DNA of 64,000 bases, from the NCBI GenBank assembly GCA_002483345.1, contig DLHS01000016.1, positions 21,956-85,955 of the forward strand, read 5' to 3'. The translations under genes were made by a program, and so were the position numbers. Below, piece after piece: positions 19,199-28,993 of this stretch. This DNA comes from Bacteroidetes bacterium UBA7662 (GTDB lineage Bacteria; Bacteroidota; Bacteroidia; UBA7662). The number at the start of each line of letters is the position of its first letter. Within the stretch, counting starts at the first letter, position 1. The notes below the pieces were generated by a model. The model was not told the DNA's origin, ran no database searches, and was given only the letters and a program-made list of their open reading frames with translations.

Positions 19199-20304
19199 GA
19201 TTCATAAAATTCCCGGATACAGCTTGCAACATAATTAATTTGTTCCTCCGTGAGCTCAGGATAAATAGGCAGGGACAGAATTTGCGACTGATAAGACGTA
19301 GCTACCGGGAAATCTGCCGGCTGATGTCCGAGATACTGATAGGCTTTAAGATTTGGCAGGGCAGTTGGGTAGTGGATGGCCGTTTCAACCTGCTTTCTTT
19401 TAAGGAACGTCATCAGGTCATCTCTTCTTTGGGCCCGAATTACATAAAGGTGAAAGGAGTGTTTGGAGTCAGGTCTTCTTGCTGGTGTCACAATTTGCGG
19501 AATGCCTTGTAAAGCTTTGTCGTACAAACTTGCACAGCGAATCCTTGCCTCTGTCCAATCGAGTATGTAAGGTAATTTTGCCGAAAGGATGGCTGCCTGC
19601 AAACCATCTAACCGGCTGTTGATTCCTTCAATCTGATGTTCATGTTTTTGGAGTGCCCCGTGTCGTGCATACATTTTGCATTTTTCAGCCAATTCGGCAT
19701 TGTTGGTAAGTATGCATCCTGCATCGCCATAGGCCCCCAGATTTTTACCAGGGTAAAAGCTGAAAGAAGCGGCAATACCAAAACTACCCACTCGTTTTCC
19801 CCCAAGCTCCGAAAAATGTGATTGTGCACAGTCTTCAATAACAGGAATACCATATTTATCTGCAATTGCGCAAATAGCTGTAATGTTAGCCGCCTGTCCT
19901 TGCAGATGTACCGGAATAATTGCTTTGGTCCGAGGGGTTATCCTTGCCTCAAGCATCGTTTCATCCATGCTATAATAAACAGGATCTATATCAACGAAAA
20001 CAGGCTTGGCACCTGTTTGGGAAATGGTTTCTGAAGAAGAAATCCAGCTGTTCGCCACGGTAATTACTTCGTCACCGTTCCCGATACCCAACATTTTCAT
20101 AATAATGTACAGAGAATCAGTACCATTGGCAACTGAAATACAATGCTTGATACCATAAAGGGATGAAAAGGCAGCTTCAAAATCTGTAACTGGTTTACCT
20201 CCAATAAAAGCTGTGTTTTCAATAACGTCAGAAATAGCGCTGTCTATTTCTTTCTTTATAGAATAATACTGTGCTTTTAAATCAACAAAAGGAACTTTTT
20301 GCAT
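19195..20304 (-). CDS. DegT/DnrJ aminotransferase (WbpE-like)
   Basis: PFVDLKAQY, ANGTD, EDCAQSH, SFYPGKNLGAYGDAG, NSRLD. Confidence 0.88.
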   Translation of the reverse strand: MQKVPFVDLKAQYYSIKKEIDSAISDVIENTAFIGGKPVTDFEAAFSSLYGIKHCISVANGTDSLYIIMKMLGIGNGDEVITVANSWISSSETISQTGAKPVFVDIDPVYYSMDETMLEARITPRTKAIIPVHLQGQAANITAICAIADKYGIPVIEDCAQSHFSELGGKRVGSFGIAASFSFYPGKNLGAYGDAGCILTNNAELAEKCKMYARHGALQKHEHQIEGINSRLDGLQAAILSAKLPYILDWTEARIRCASLYDKALQGIPQIVTPARRPDSKHSFHLYVIRAQRRDDLMTFLKRKQVETAIHYPTALPNLKAYQYLGHQPADFPVATSYQSQILSLPIYPELTEEQINYVASCIREFYES

Positions 20305-20309
20305 ATAAG

Positions 20310-20765
20310 TTATTTAATTTTTTTGGCAGGATTTCCTGCATAAACTCCTGGCTGATGAATATCTTTTGTAACTACTGCCCCGGCACCAATAACCACATTA
20401 TCACATATGGTAACAGGAAGTATCGTTGCATTACTGCCAATGCTCACCTGATTCCCTATACGTGTTGACTTCCACAAGGTCTTGTCGCCTCTTGCCGGAC
20501 CACCTTTTGCAAAAAGGTCATTGATAAACATGACTCCATGACCGATAAAACAATCATCGCCAATATTAACCAGCTCACAAATAAATGAATGTGACTGGAT
20601 TTTAGTACGATGACCTATGATCACGTCTTTCTGGATCTCTACGAAAGGGCCAACAAAACAAGCATCTCCAATGGTACAGCCATATATATTAACAGGTTCA
20701 ACGATTTTGACTGATGAGCCAAACTGAACGTCTTTGATGGCAGAAGTATATAATGTAGGGCTCAT
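20310..20765 (-). CDS. Hexapeptide N-acetyltransferase (WbpD/FdtC-like)
   Basis: IGHGVMFIND, IGSNATILP, IGAGAVVTKD, GNPA. Confidence 0.85.
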   Translation of the reverse strand: MSPTLYTSAIKDVQFGSSVKIVEPVNIYGCTIGDACFVGPFVEIQKDVIIGHRTKIQSHSFICELVNIGDDCFIGHGVMFINDLFAKGGPARGDKTLWKSTRIGNQVSIGSNATILPVTICDNVVIGAGAVVTKDIHQPGVYAGNPAKKIK

Positions 20766-21778
20766 GACGCATTTTGTTTAACCGATTGATAAATCTTATC
20801 AATGATTTCAACAGTTTTCAGTCCCTCAAAAGAATTGGTAGAAATTGTGCTTCCATTGTTCAGAACATCTATTACATTTTCATATACCTTATCATGATTT
20901 GACATGGAACCCTGGTACTTACCATAGTTATTTGCCGTATTTCCAACAGGCAAATCTTTAAATTCAAATCCATCAATGTTCTGGTATTCCAACTCATTCA
21001 GATACTGACCTCCGATTTTTACGGTTCCTTTTTCCGCAAAAATGGTCAGTGATCCTTCCATATTTTTGCCATAGCTGTTAACAGTGTAATTTACAGTACC
21101 TATGGCACCGTTGTAGAACTGCATCACAACTGCGCCTGTGTCTTCAAATTCAATCACACCTTCATGGGCATAATTACCCATAAAAGCATGTACTTGTTTT
21201 ACATCACCCACTATCCAATAAAGTAAATCAATAAAATGGCTGAACTGAGTGTACAGCGTTCCGCCATCAAGTGCTTTAGTTCCTTTCCAGGAATTTTCGT
21301 AATAATCAAAGTTCCTGTTCCAGAAACAGCTGAGCTGAACACTGTAAATCTTACCCATTATACCCTCATCAATGGCCTTCTTGACTGCAGCAACCGGTGG
21401 ATTAAATCTGTTCTGTTTTATGGCAAACAAGCGTTTGTTATTTTTTTCCGCAGTTTTAATCATTTCACCACAATCATAAACACTGATTGCCATAGGTTTT
21501 TCACATAAGACATGATATCCTGCATTCAATGCTGCAATGGCGTGCTGAGCATGGAGCCCGTTAGGGCTGCTTATGGTCACAACATCTACATCGGGTTTTG
21601 CAGTCAGGAGTTCTTCTATCGAAAAAAACACCCGGGCATCATATTTCTTGCCGAGAGAATTAGCCTTTTCAGGTTCTATATCGCATACTGCCACTAACTC
21701 CCCTAGTCTTGCTATATGTTCGGCATGGCGTTGTGCAATCCGTCCACAACCAACAATTGCAAATTTAATTTTTTTCAT
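20762..21778 (-). CDS. Gfo/Idh/MocA oxidoreductase (WbpB/WlbA-like 3-dehydrogenase)
   Basis: VGCGRIAQRH, PNGLH, CEKPMA, QNRFNP, WNR..YY..WKGT..DGG..QFSHFID. Confidence 0.88.
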   Translation of the reverse strand: MKKIKFAIVGCGRIAQRHAEHIARLGELVAVCDIEPEKANSLGKKYDARVFFSIEELLTAKPDVDVVTISSPNGLHAQHAIAALNAGYHVLCEKPMAISVYDCGEMIKTAEKNNKRLFAIKQNRFNPPVAAVKKAIDEGIMGKIYSVQLSCFWNRNFDYYENSWKGTKALDGGTLYTQFSHFIDLLYWIVGDVKQVHAFMGNYAHEGVIEFEDTGAVVMQFYNGAIGTVNYTVNSYGKNMEGSLTIFAEKGTVKIGGQYLNELEYQNIDGFEFKDLPVGNTANNYGKYQGSMSNHDKVYENVIDVLNNGSTISTNSFEGLKTVEIIDKIYQSVKQNAS

Positions 21779-22905
21779 ATACTGGGCTTTTCAAGGTATA
21801 AATTAAGGTAGGTCTTGGCAATTTGAGTCCATGAGAATGGTGCGACCGCCTGAACAGCTTCCCTACTTGCCGTTTCGAAATTGTCAGCTATTTTTTTGAT
21901 AGCTTCAATACTCTCGTTCATATTGTTTGGTTGTACCGGAATTGCAAAGCTACTCTTTTCAAAATAACCATCTATTCCCTGCCCTGCAGTATGTATAACA
22001 GGTAAACCCTGACTCAGCGCCTCCAAATAAACCAAACCAAATGTTTCAAGCTTACTGATCATGACAAAAATATCATGTTCTCCATAAAGCGCCCGCATGG
22101 CAGTGGCTCCTTCAACCTTTCCGACAAATTTCACAAAACTAAAGTCTTCTTGCTTTAAAGCCTTTAAAACACTTTCATGACCATCTCCGCCCCCTCCGGC
22201 AAGCGTGAGTGTTACAGGACGTTCTCCAGATAGTGCTTTTATCACGCTAAGAAGAAGTAAAATGTTTTTATTGAAGGTAAAATCACCTACGTACAATATC
22301 CTCAATGGATTATGGGGTACAGGCCGGGATTCCTGATTTTCAAACCAATCAGGAGTTAATCCGTTTGGTATCACAGTCGCATTCAAAATACGCTCCTTCA
22401 GTTGCCCGGCAATATATTTATCCGCAACCTGCTTCCGATACGACGGTGTAACAAATATGCACTGCCTGGCATTTGACAGAATATTTTGTCCATGTCCTCT
22501 CAGATGAATCATATATTTAAAAAACATATTTACATCTGTATTCCTGACTGCTGTAATATATGGGATTGAAAATTGCTGCTTTAATTTCAAGGCAACACCC
22601 CCGTCACTGAATAAGAAGTGAGCATGGATGATGTCTATTCCTTTTATTTCCACTTTGGACAGAACATCCTCATAAATGGTATTGATTTTTGATTTGTAAA
22701 GTATACGGTGTTTTGGCTCAAGAATATGGGCATAAATAACAACTGTATCCGGTACATTAGGGATATCGTACTTCCCAACTTCTGCTGCTGTCCTGACAGG
22801 TACATAAATGGTTTGACGGATTCCCATTTGTGCAAGCGACAGAAAAAGTTCTTTGTACAGCTTTTGTCTGGAATAATCGGAGCACAAATGAAGCACATGT
22901 ATCAT
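21775..22905 (-). CDS. GT4 glycosyltransferase
   Basis: HAHFLFSDG, IPNG, ETFGLVYLEALSQGLP. Confidence 0.88.
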   Translation of the reverse strand: MIHVLHLCSDYSRQKLYKELFLSLAQMGIRQTIYVPVRTAAEVGKYDIPNVPDTVVIYAHILEPKHRILYKSKINTIYEDVLSKVEIKGIDIIHAHFLFSDGGVALKLKQQFSIPYITAVRNTDVNMFFKYMIHLRGHGQNILSNARQCIFVTPSYRKQVADKYIAGQLKERILNATVIPNGLTPDWFENQESRPVPHNPLRILYVGDFTFNKNILLLLSVIKALSGERPVTLTLAGGGGDGHESVLKALKQEDFSFVKFVGKVEGATAMRALYGEHDIFVMISKLETFGLVYLEALSQGLPVIHTAGQGIDGYFEKSSFAIPVQPNNMNESIEAIKKIADNFETASREAVQAVAPFSWTQIAKTYLNLYLEKPSI

Positions 22906-24032
22906 CTGGAGTAATAGCCCTTTTCTCTTAGTTTATTTACAAAAGACTTTAGCTTTTGTACTCTTTCAAAATTATTGGGGTAATCTCTGAACGTTTTAGG
23001 AGGCAGAGCCATGATAGCATCAAAAGATGCTTCATTTAACTCAAATTTCTTGATAACAAAATCCTTGTCCTGCCTGAAGAGTTTTTCATCATAACCAGGC
23101 AATTCCATTTGTTTCAGCGCATCCTCCCGGCTTATCTGTCCCGACTTAATCAAATCTGATAAATGAGCTTTGCGTTTATCTATTCCAAATTTCCGGGGCA
23201 GAATATAACCCTGAAAAAATCTTGTATAGACCGACTCATAGTGTTTACCTCCGTAATAAACCCAGCCAAGCTCAGATTGAAGAATCTCCATCACGGCATC
23301 CTTCTTATAATCTACATAGTTTAATATTGAAATTACTTTAATTCGTTTTACAATATTCCACCAGAACAAATCAAAGAAAGTGTATTTGGGATATCGGTTC
23401 AATTTAGCTGTCCCGAAAATCTTTTGAATTGACTTAATATACTTCCAATCACTGTGTCCATATGCCCATCCGGGTACACTAATGGATTCTGCCGCGAAAT
23501 TCATTCCATTTATAATATACTTGATTCCCCTCTTATTAGCCTCCCTGAACAGCAAGGCATTGATGGCATGATCTGTCGGGATTTCACCATCCGGTGTGGA
23601 AGCCTTTAAAAATGAAAGCTGCAAATCTTTAAATTCTTCCCAATCAATGACATAAGTATATAAGTCAATGCCCAGGTGATCCAGTGTCTTTTCTATATTA
23701 CTTACAGCTAATTCAGAATTCCATCCGTTATCAAAGTGAATGGCCAGGGGCCGGATGCCCAGTTGTTTGGTTAAATAGGCCACATAGGTGCTGTCAACAC
23801 CTCCGCTCACGCCAATGATACAATCGTATTCCTTCCCGTTACCGGATGCCTTTATTTTTTCTATCAGTATGCTGAGTTTCTGATCAGCCTCCTGTCCGCT
23901 AAATACCCTTCTATGGAGTTCGCTGTTATACCTCAGACAATGATTGCAGATTCCCTTGCTGTCAAATGTAATGTCCGGATCAGAAGTATCCATTATACAC
24001 TGGGTACATATTTTATAGGCGAGATCTTTCAT
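22902..24032 (-). CDS. wbuX: N-acetyl sugar amidotransferase (WbuX/WbpG/PseA family)
   Basis: CTQCIMDT...CNHC, DCIIGVSGGVDS PP-loop, HFDNGWNSE, GGKHYES. Confidence 0.88.
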   Translation of the reverse strand: MKDLAYKICTQCIMDTSDPDITFDSKGICNHCLRYNSELHRRVFSGQEADQKLSILIEKIKASGNGKEYDCIIGVSGGVDSTYVAYLTKQLGIRPLAIHFDNGWNSELAVSNIEKTLDHLGIDLYTYVIDWEEFKDLQLSFLKASTPDGEIPTDHAINALLFREANKRGIKYIINGMNFAAESISVPGWAYGHSDWKYIKSIQKIFGTAKLNRYPKYTFFDLFWWNIVKRIKVISILNYVDYKKDAVMEILQSELGWVYYGGKHYESVYTRFFQGYILPRKFGIDKRKAHLSDLIKSGQISREDALKQMELPGYDEKLFRQDKDFVIKKFELNEASFDAIMALPPKTFRDYPNNFERVQKLKSFVNKLREKGYYSR

Positions 24033-24784
24033 AGCGAATTTAGATTTGCAATTTCATCCTGAGTGGGGTAGTTTATCAAAACAGCCCTGTGTTTTCCTTT
24101 ATATACAAAGAAGCTGCCAGCTGCCACTGAAGAAGCTTTCCCAATTTTGAGTGCATCAGCAATGTGAGAAATATTACCTGCCCCGCCACTGGCTACAATT
24201 GGCACATTTACGGCATTGGCAACACTTTTAGTAAGCTCCAGATCAAAACCAGACATACTTCCTTCCTTATCAACAGACTGAATAATGATTTCTCCTACTC
24301 CGGCTGCAACTACCTGTCTGGCAAAATCTTCCGGTGTCCATTTGTGTTTAACGGTACCGCTTTTGCTGTACACCTGATAGGAACCAAAAAAAGACTTTTT
24401 GGCATCTATGGAGACTACGATGCTTTGATTGCCATAAATGGAAGCGGCCTTTGCAAGTAATTCAAAATCGAAGGCAGCAGAATTCATAATAACTTTTTCA
24501 ACTCCCAGATCAAAAATCCTGCGTATCTGCTCAATATTCCTGATCCCCCCCCCATAACCAACCGGCATGAAACATTCACTTACAATATCTTTTATCCAGG
24601 CATAGTTGGGCTCTCTTTGTTGCGTACTGGCTTCAATATCACATAATACCAATTCATCAACCTCTTTTTCGTTGAATATCCTGACAGCATTGATCGGATC
24701 TCCAATGTAAACAGGGTTCTTGAAATTAACAGTCTTCACCAATCCCTTCCCTTTGAGCAACAATACCGGTATAAGTCTTATCAT
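24029..24784 (-). CDS. hisF2: HisF-like acetamidino modification protein (WbuZ/AglZ/HisF2)
   Basis: RLIPVLLL, GLVKT..F..P.YIGDPINAVRIFNEKEVDE, YGGGI, ASGGAG, AVLINYP; start ATG 24784. Confidence 0.88.
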   Translation of the reverse strand: MIRLIPVLLLKGKGLVKTVNFKNPVYIGDPINAVRIFNEKEVDELVLCDIEASTQQREPNYAWIKDIVSECFMPVGYGGGIRNIEQIRRIFDLGVEKVIMNSAAFDFELLAKAASIYGNQSIVVSIDAKKSFFGSYQVYSKSGTVKHKWTPEDFARQVVAAGVGEIIIQSVDKEGSMSGFDLELTKSVANAVNVPIVASGGAGNISHIADALKIGKASSVAAGSFFVYKGKHRAVLINYPTQDEIANLNSL

Positions 24785-24786
24785 TT

Positions 24787-25404
24787 TCACAACTCTAAAA
24801 AATTCTGGAAAAGGCGCATCCCAAACTTGTGACTCTTTTCCGGATGAAACTGTACTGCCCAAATATTATCCTTATGCAAACCCGCAGCAAATGGAGTCTT
24901 GTATGCAGCTGTACATAATACATCCGAAGGCTGGTTACTGTGCATATAGTAGGAATGAACAAAATAAAACCTGGGATTCTCCGGCAGATTCTTTAGCAAT
25001 TCCGTTTCATTTTCAAATTGAATGGTATTCCACCCCATATGGGGTATCCTTATGTTCTCTTCATTCGGAAGTTTCGAGAAATGAAGTACTTCGGCATCAA
25101 AAAAACCAAATCCAGGCATAGTCCCTTCCTCTGACCTTTGGGTCAACAACTGCGCCCCCAAACAAATACCCAGTAAAGGCCGCTCTTTCTGCTGCACATA
25201 CGCTTTCACAGCTTCTACTAAATTATTGTCTGACAGCATCTTCATCCCATGATCAAAATGCCCTACACCTGGCAGTATTAATTTATCCGCACCCAATATT
25301 TCGTCAGGACTGCTGACAATTTTACTTGTCCCCCCCAGCCTGCGAATCATGTTAACAATAGAGCCTATGTTTCCCGCTCCGTAGTCAATGATACTTATCA
25401 TCAA
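24787..25404 (-). CDS. hisH2: HisH-like glutamine amidotransferase (WbuY/HisH2)
   Basis: IIDYGAGN, LPGVG, LGICLG (catalytic Cys), PHMGWN, YFVHSY, QFHPEKS. Confidence 0.9.
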   Translation of the reverse strand: MMISIIDYGAGNIGSIVNMIRRLGGTSKIVSSPDEILGADKLILPGVGHFDHGMKMLSDNNLVEAVKAYVQQKERPLLGICLGAQLLTQRSEEGTMPGFGFFDAEVLHFSKLPNEENIRIPHMGWNTIQFENETELLKNLPENPRFYFVHSYYMHSNQPSDVLCTAAYKTPFAAGLHKDNIWAVQFHPEKSHKFGMRLFQNFLEL

Positions 25405-26570
25405 AGCAGCTCTTCTATATCATTCATTCCAAAGTCTTTCAAAACAACCGTTTTACCAGTTCTGTATGCTTCAACCCCAGCGAGCGCTACCACCACTGAT
25501 CTGGCAGCGTCGAATACTGTACAATCTAACTTACCCTTTCCCTTGACAGTATTCATAAAGTTTTCTGCAGAATTTCTGACCGCCATGGAGTGTTCATAAA
25601 GTCTGATGGGATAATATCCAATATTGTATTGGGCATTATAAGGGTATGACCGCATCAGCCATTCAAAAAGTTTGGAGTAGGTAGCGATGACTGTTTCTTT
25701 TATCCATGCCAGTTTCCTGCCTTGCATGGTATTTCTGATCGGAGTAGCAAATATTTCAAAACTCCCGTCTTTGTCAAACAGCATATTGTTGAAGATGCTC
25801 TTATCATTACCATAAACCTGAACCGTATGGTCTTGCGGTCTTCCGGCACCGAAGGCAGTTACTACTTTCCCAATTATACCTGACCTGAACTTAAGCAGGA
25901 CTACATTTAAATCACTCTCCGGATATTCAGGGAAACAAATATTGTTTGCCATGGCTGATACCTCTACAATCTCATCATCAACAACCCACCTGAGAAGGTC
26001 GACGAAGTGAATCCCTGAATAAATGAGTGGGGTAGCGTTCTCAACCAACCGCCAGTTATCGTATTCAAAAGCTCGTTTGGTAAGGTTGTGTACATAGTAT
26101 CCTTCTATATATCCAACTTTCCCAAGCACACCACTGCTGACGATATCCTTGATTTTACGGTGTATAGGCAAACACCTCATCTGGTGTTGAACGCCGACTA
26201 CAATGTCAGGATGTGCTTTTACACATTTCAGAATATCTCTTATCCCTTCGACAGAATCGGTCAGAGGTTTTTCGCACAATACATGTTTACCATGTTCCAC
26301 ACTCCGGCAGATATATTTTGCATGGGTGCTATCTGGTGAAGAAACAACCACGATATCAATTCCACTTTCAAGAAATGCATCAAAATCCGATGTGAGGAAT
26401 AGGTCTGCCCTATGATTCCTTGCCCGTTCAAAGGCTGGCTCTTTTATGTCGAATACACTGATTACAGAACAGTCATCAAACGATTCAAAGTGTTTGTACA
26501 GAGCCATGCCTGCTCCTCCAAAACCTACGATTCCGATGTAGTACTTTTCTTTTATCTTAATTTTATCCAT
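25401..26570 (-). CDS. Gfo/Idh/MocA family oxidoreductase (divergent)
   Basis: GIVGFGGAG, SPDSTH, HVLCEKP, GIHFVDL. Confidence 0.8.
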   Translation of the reverse strand: MDKIKIKEKYYIGIVGFGGAGMALYKHFESFDDCSVISVFDIKEPAFERARNHRADLFLTSDFDAFLESGIDIVVVSSPDSTHAKYICRSVEHGKHVLCEKPLTDSVEGIRDILKCVKAHPDIVVGVQHQMRCLPIHRKIKDIVSSGVLGKVGYIEGYYVHNLTKRAFEYDNWRLVENATPLIYSGIHFVDLLRWVVDDEIVEVSAMANNICFPEYPESDLNVVLLKFRSGIIGKVVTAFGAGRPQDHTVQVYGNDKSIFNNMLFDKDGSFEIFATPIRNTMQGRKLAWIKETVIATYSKLFEWLMRSYPYNAQYNIGYYPIRLYEHSMAVRNSAENFMNTVKGKGKLDCTVFDAARSVVVALAGVEAYRTGKTVVLKDFGMNDIEELL

Positions 26571-26595
26571 AGGACAATAGGTAATAAAATTGAAC

Positions 26596-27537
26596 TTAAT
26601 TTCTTGTATTGTATTCTTTTATTTCAGCATTAATATATAGCTGAGGATCATCCTTCTCTAATAAATTTTCCGCAATCAAACCAGCGAAAAAGGTGGAGAA
26701 TATATGGGCTCCCTTTTCATTAAGGTGCTCCAGATCAGCAAAATGCTGGTTTCCGAGAGCCAGTTGTTTAAAGTCAAGAAAAACGACCCCATCCAGCAAT
26801 TCCTGTCTGTTCTTCTGAAAAAAAGCTTCGTTCTGTAAATAAGGCCAGGCCGGATGGAGGGGTGTTCTGATCAGGTAAAGGGATACTTTTTTCTCTTTGC
26901 ATAATGCTACTATCTTCAACAAATAGTGCATATTCAACTTGGCCATATCTGCAGGTAATATCGTCTCCTGAGAAGCTATGTTCACAAATGAATCGGTAAG
27001 CAGTCGGGTCAAAGGGGAAAAACCGCCCAATGAATGATTTGTCAATACATTGACAGAGGTCATTGCCTCCCTACTTACTTTTGGCAGTGCCTTGATATGT
27101 GTTTTTATAAAAGGTAATTCGTTATTAAGCGTCAGATGTTCAAACTCTTCTTTTCCTAAAAGAGCGTAGTACAACGGGTATCTTGAATTCAGATAATTTT
27201 CCGAATAAATAATGGAATCCTGCTGCTTATCAACCTGGAAGTTGCAAAAATCAACAAAAACATGTTCAATATGAGCATTCGTTTCCAATACATTCTTAAT
27301 CTTCAAATAGGTGAACATATAGATTTCACTGGATTGAGAAATATTCACAAAACCATCCAGAGATGTATTCATGGAACACTCAAGGTGAGAATCTCCCACC
27401 ACCAGATACTTTTTTGATTCAGGTATTCTGAAATAATCAGCATCGTATTGGCATAAATAACCAATCCAGGAGGCAATTAAAAGAACAACTACAAAAAGCA
27501 AACTGAACTTAGCCGAATCAACTAAAAAATTTCTCAT
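26596..27537 (-). CDS. SGNH-like periplasmic acyltransferase partner (AlgJ/DltD-like)
   Basis: N-terminal TM, VGDSH and FADLEHLN (DxxH) motifs; directly downstream of MBOAT; start ATG 27537. Confidence 0.7.
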   Translation of the reverse strand: MRNFLVDSAKFSLLFVVVLLIASWIGYLCQYDADYFRIPESKKYLVVGDSHLECSMNTSLDGFVNISQSSEIYMFTYLKIKNVLETNAHIEHVFVDFCNFQVDKQQDSIIYSENYLNSRYPLYYALLGKEEFEHLTLNNELPFIKTHIKALPKVSREAMTSVNVLTNHSLGGFSPLTRLLTDSFVNIASQETILPADMAKLNMHYLLKIVALCKEKKVSLYLIRTPLHPAWPYLQNEAFFQKNRQELLDGVVFLDFKQLALGNQHFADLEHLNEKGAHIFSTFFAGLIAENLLEKDDPQLYINAEIKEYNTRN

Positions 27538-27544
27538 GGTAGTC

Positions 27545-28993
27545 CTAGAACTGAAAATAAATAAATTCCTGCTCGCGGCCGTTAAAAAGGAAAATACAGA
27601 ATAGTATAACCCCATATACAACCCATCTTACATTCCGTTTCCACGGGTTCATAAAATGCTGTATAGCATACTGGCTTTCTCTGCCAATCCATTCAATCAG
27701 CATAAATATGACTACCAGTATCAAAGTTGACACTGCCAATCCAATTCCCGGGAAATACGGAATTTTGAACAGATCCCATGTAAACATCCCTTGCAAATAA
27801 CTAAAGGCATGTCCTACGTTTTCAGCTCTGAAGAAAATCCAGGCCAAAACTGTGAGCGAAAACGTAATCGAAATAGAGAAAAACTCCCTGAGGGTAGGGA
27901 AATACCTGCCAGCTGCCACTATATCAAGATTTACCCTGTTTTTACCCCTCAGCAATGAGGGTAAAAAATAGAGTGCATTCAGCCCTCCCCATATTATGAA
28001 AGTCCAGTTGGCACCATGCCAAAATCCGCTTACCAGAAATATTATAAATGTGTTCCTTATTTTAAAACCCATGGAACCTCTGCTGCCACCTAAGGGGATG
28101 TATAAATAATCTCTGAACCAGGAAGACAAAGAAATGTGCCATCTCCTCCAGAATTCAGCTATATCTCGAGAAAAGTATGGGTATGCAAAATTCCTTAACA
28201 AATCAATCCCAAATAAACGAGCAGTACCAAGAGCTATGTCAGAGTATCCTGAAAAGTCACAATATATCTGAAACGTGAAGAACAATGCTCCAAGAAGCAG
28301 GGTACTGCCTGAATAGTCAGAAGAGTTATTAAAAATAATATTGGCATATTCCGCACAGTTGTCCGCTATGACCACTTTTTTAAAGAGACCCCATAAAATC
28401 TGCTTCAATCCATCTACTGCCTGTAACCGGCTAAAAACACGCATTTTCTGAATCTGGGGCAGAAGGTGCGTTGCCCTTTCGATAGGACCTGCCACCAGTA
28501 ACGGAAAAAAACTTACAAAAACAGAGTAGTCTACAACATTCTTTTCTGCCTTGATCTTACCGTTATAGATATCGATAACGTATGACAATCCGTGAAAGGT
28601 ATAGAATGAAATACCTACCGGCAGAATAACATTTAAAGTGAACACATCCACACCTATACCCAAACTGTCAAGACCTGAAGCAAATGAGGTGACAAAAAAA
28701 TTATAGTATTTGAACACTCCCAGAAATCCAAGATTTACAATTATGCTCAACCAAAACCAGAATTTCTTTTTTCTGACATCTATCGCTTCTTCAATTTTGA
28801 TTCCGGAGTAGTAGTCCAGAAATGTGGAGAACATCAACAGGAAGAGGAAACGATAATCCCAGCAGGCATAAAAATAATAGCTTGCAACGAGCAACAAAAT
28901 ATTCTGAAGACGCAGACTTTTATTGACCACAAACCAATAGAAAAAAAACACTATTGGTAAAAATATGACGAATTCAATAGAATTAAACAGCAT
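27545..28993 (-). CDS. MBOAT O-acyltransferase (AlgI/PatA-like)
   Basis: MLFNS, LPVGISFYTF, LVAGPIER, DFSGYSDIA, FWRRWHISLSSWFRDYLYIPLGG, SGFWHGA. Confidence 0.93.
   Translation of the reverse strand: MLFNSIEFVIFLPIVFFFYWFVVNKSLRLQNILLLVASYYFYACWDYRFLFLLMFSTFLDYYSGIKIEEAIDVRKKKFWFWLSIIVNLGFLGVFKYYNFFVTSFASGLDSLGIGVDVFTLNVILPVGISFYTFHGLSYVIDIYNGKIKAEKNVVDYSVFVSFFPLLVAGPIERATHLLPQIQKMRVFSRLQAVDGLKQILWGLFKKVVIADNCAEYANIIFNNSSDYSGSTLLLGALFFTFQIYCDFSGYSDIALGTARLFGIDLLRNFAYPYFSRDIAEFWRRWHISLSSWFRDYLYIPLGGSRGSMGFKIRNTFIIFLVSGFWHGANWTFIIWGGLNALYFLPSLLRGKNRVNLDIVAAGRYFPTLREFFSISITFSLTVLAWIFFRAENVGHAFSYLQGMFTWDLFKIPYFPGIGLAVSTLILVVIFMLIEWIGRESQYAIQHFMNPWKRNVRWVVYGVILFCIFLFNGREQEFIYFQF

Noticed and set aside
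24029-25404. hisF/hisH as histidine biosynthesis genes
   Set aside because: Adjacent to wbuX within a glycan cassette with no other his genes; sequence fits the HisF2/HisH2 paralogues
28941-28948. A8/T8 runs in MBOAT and flippase genes as phase-variation sites
   Set aside because: Expected in AT-rich, Phe-rich membrane protein genes
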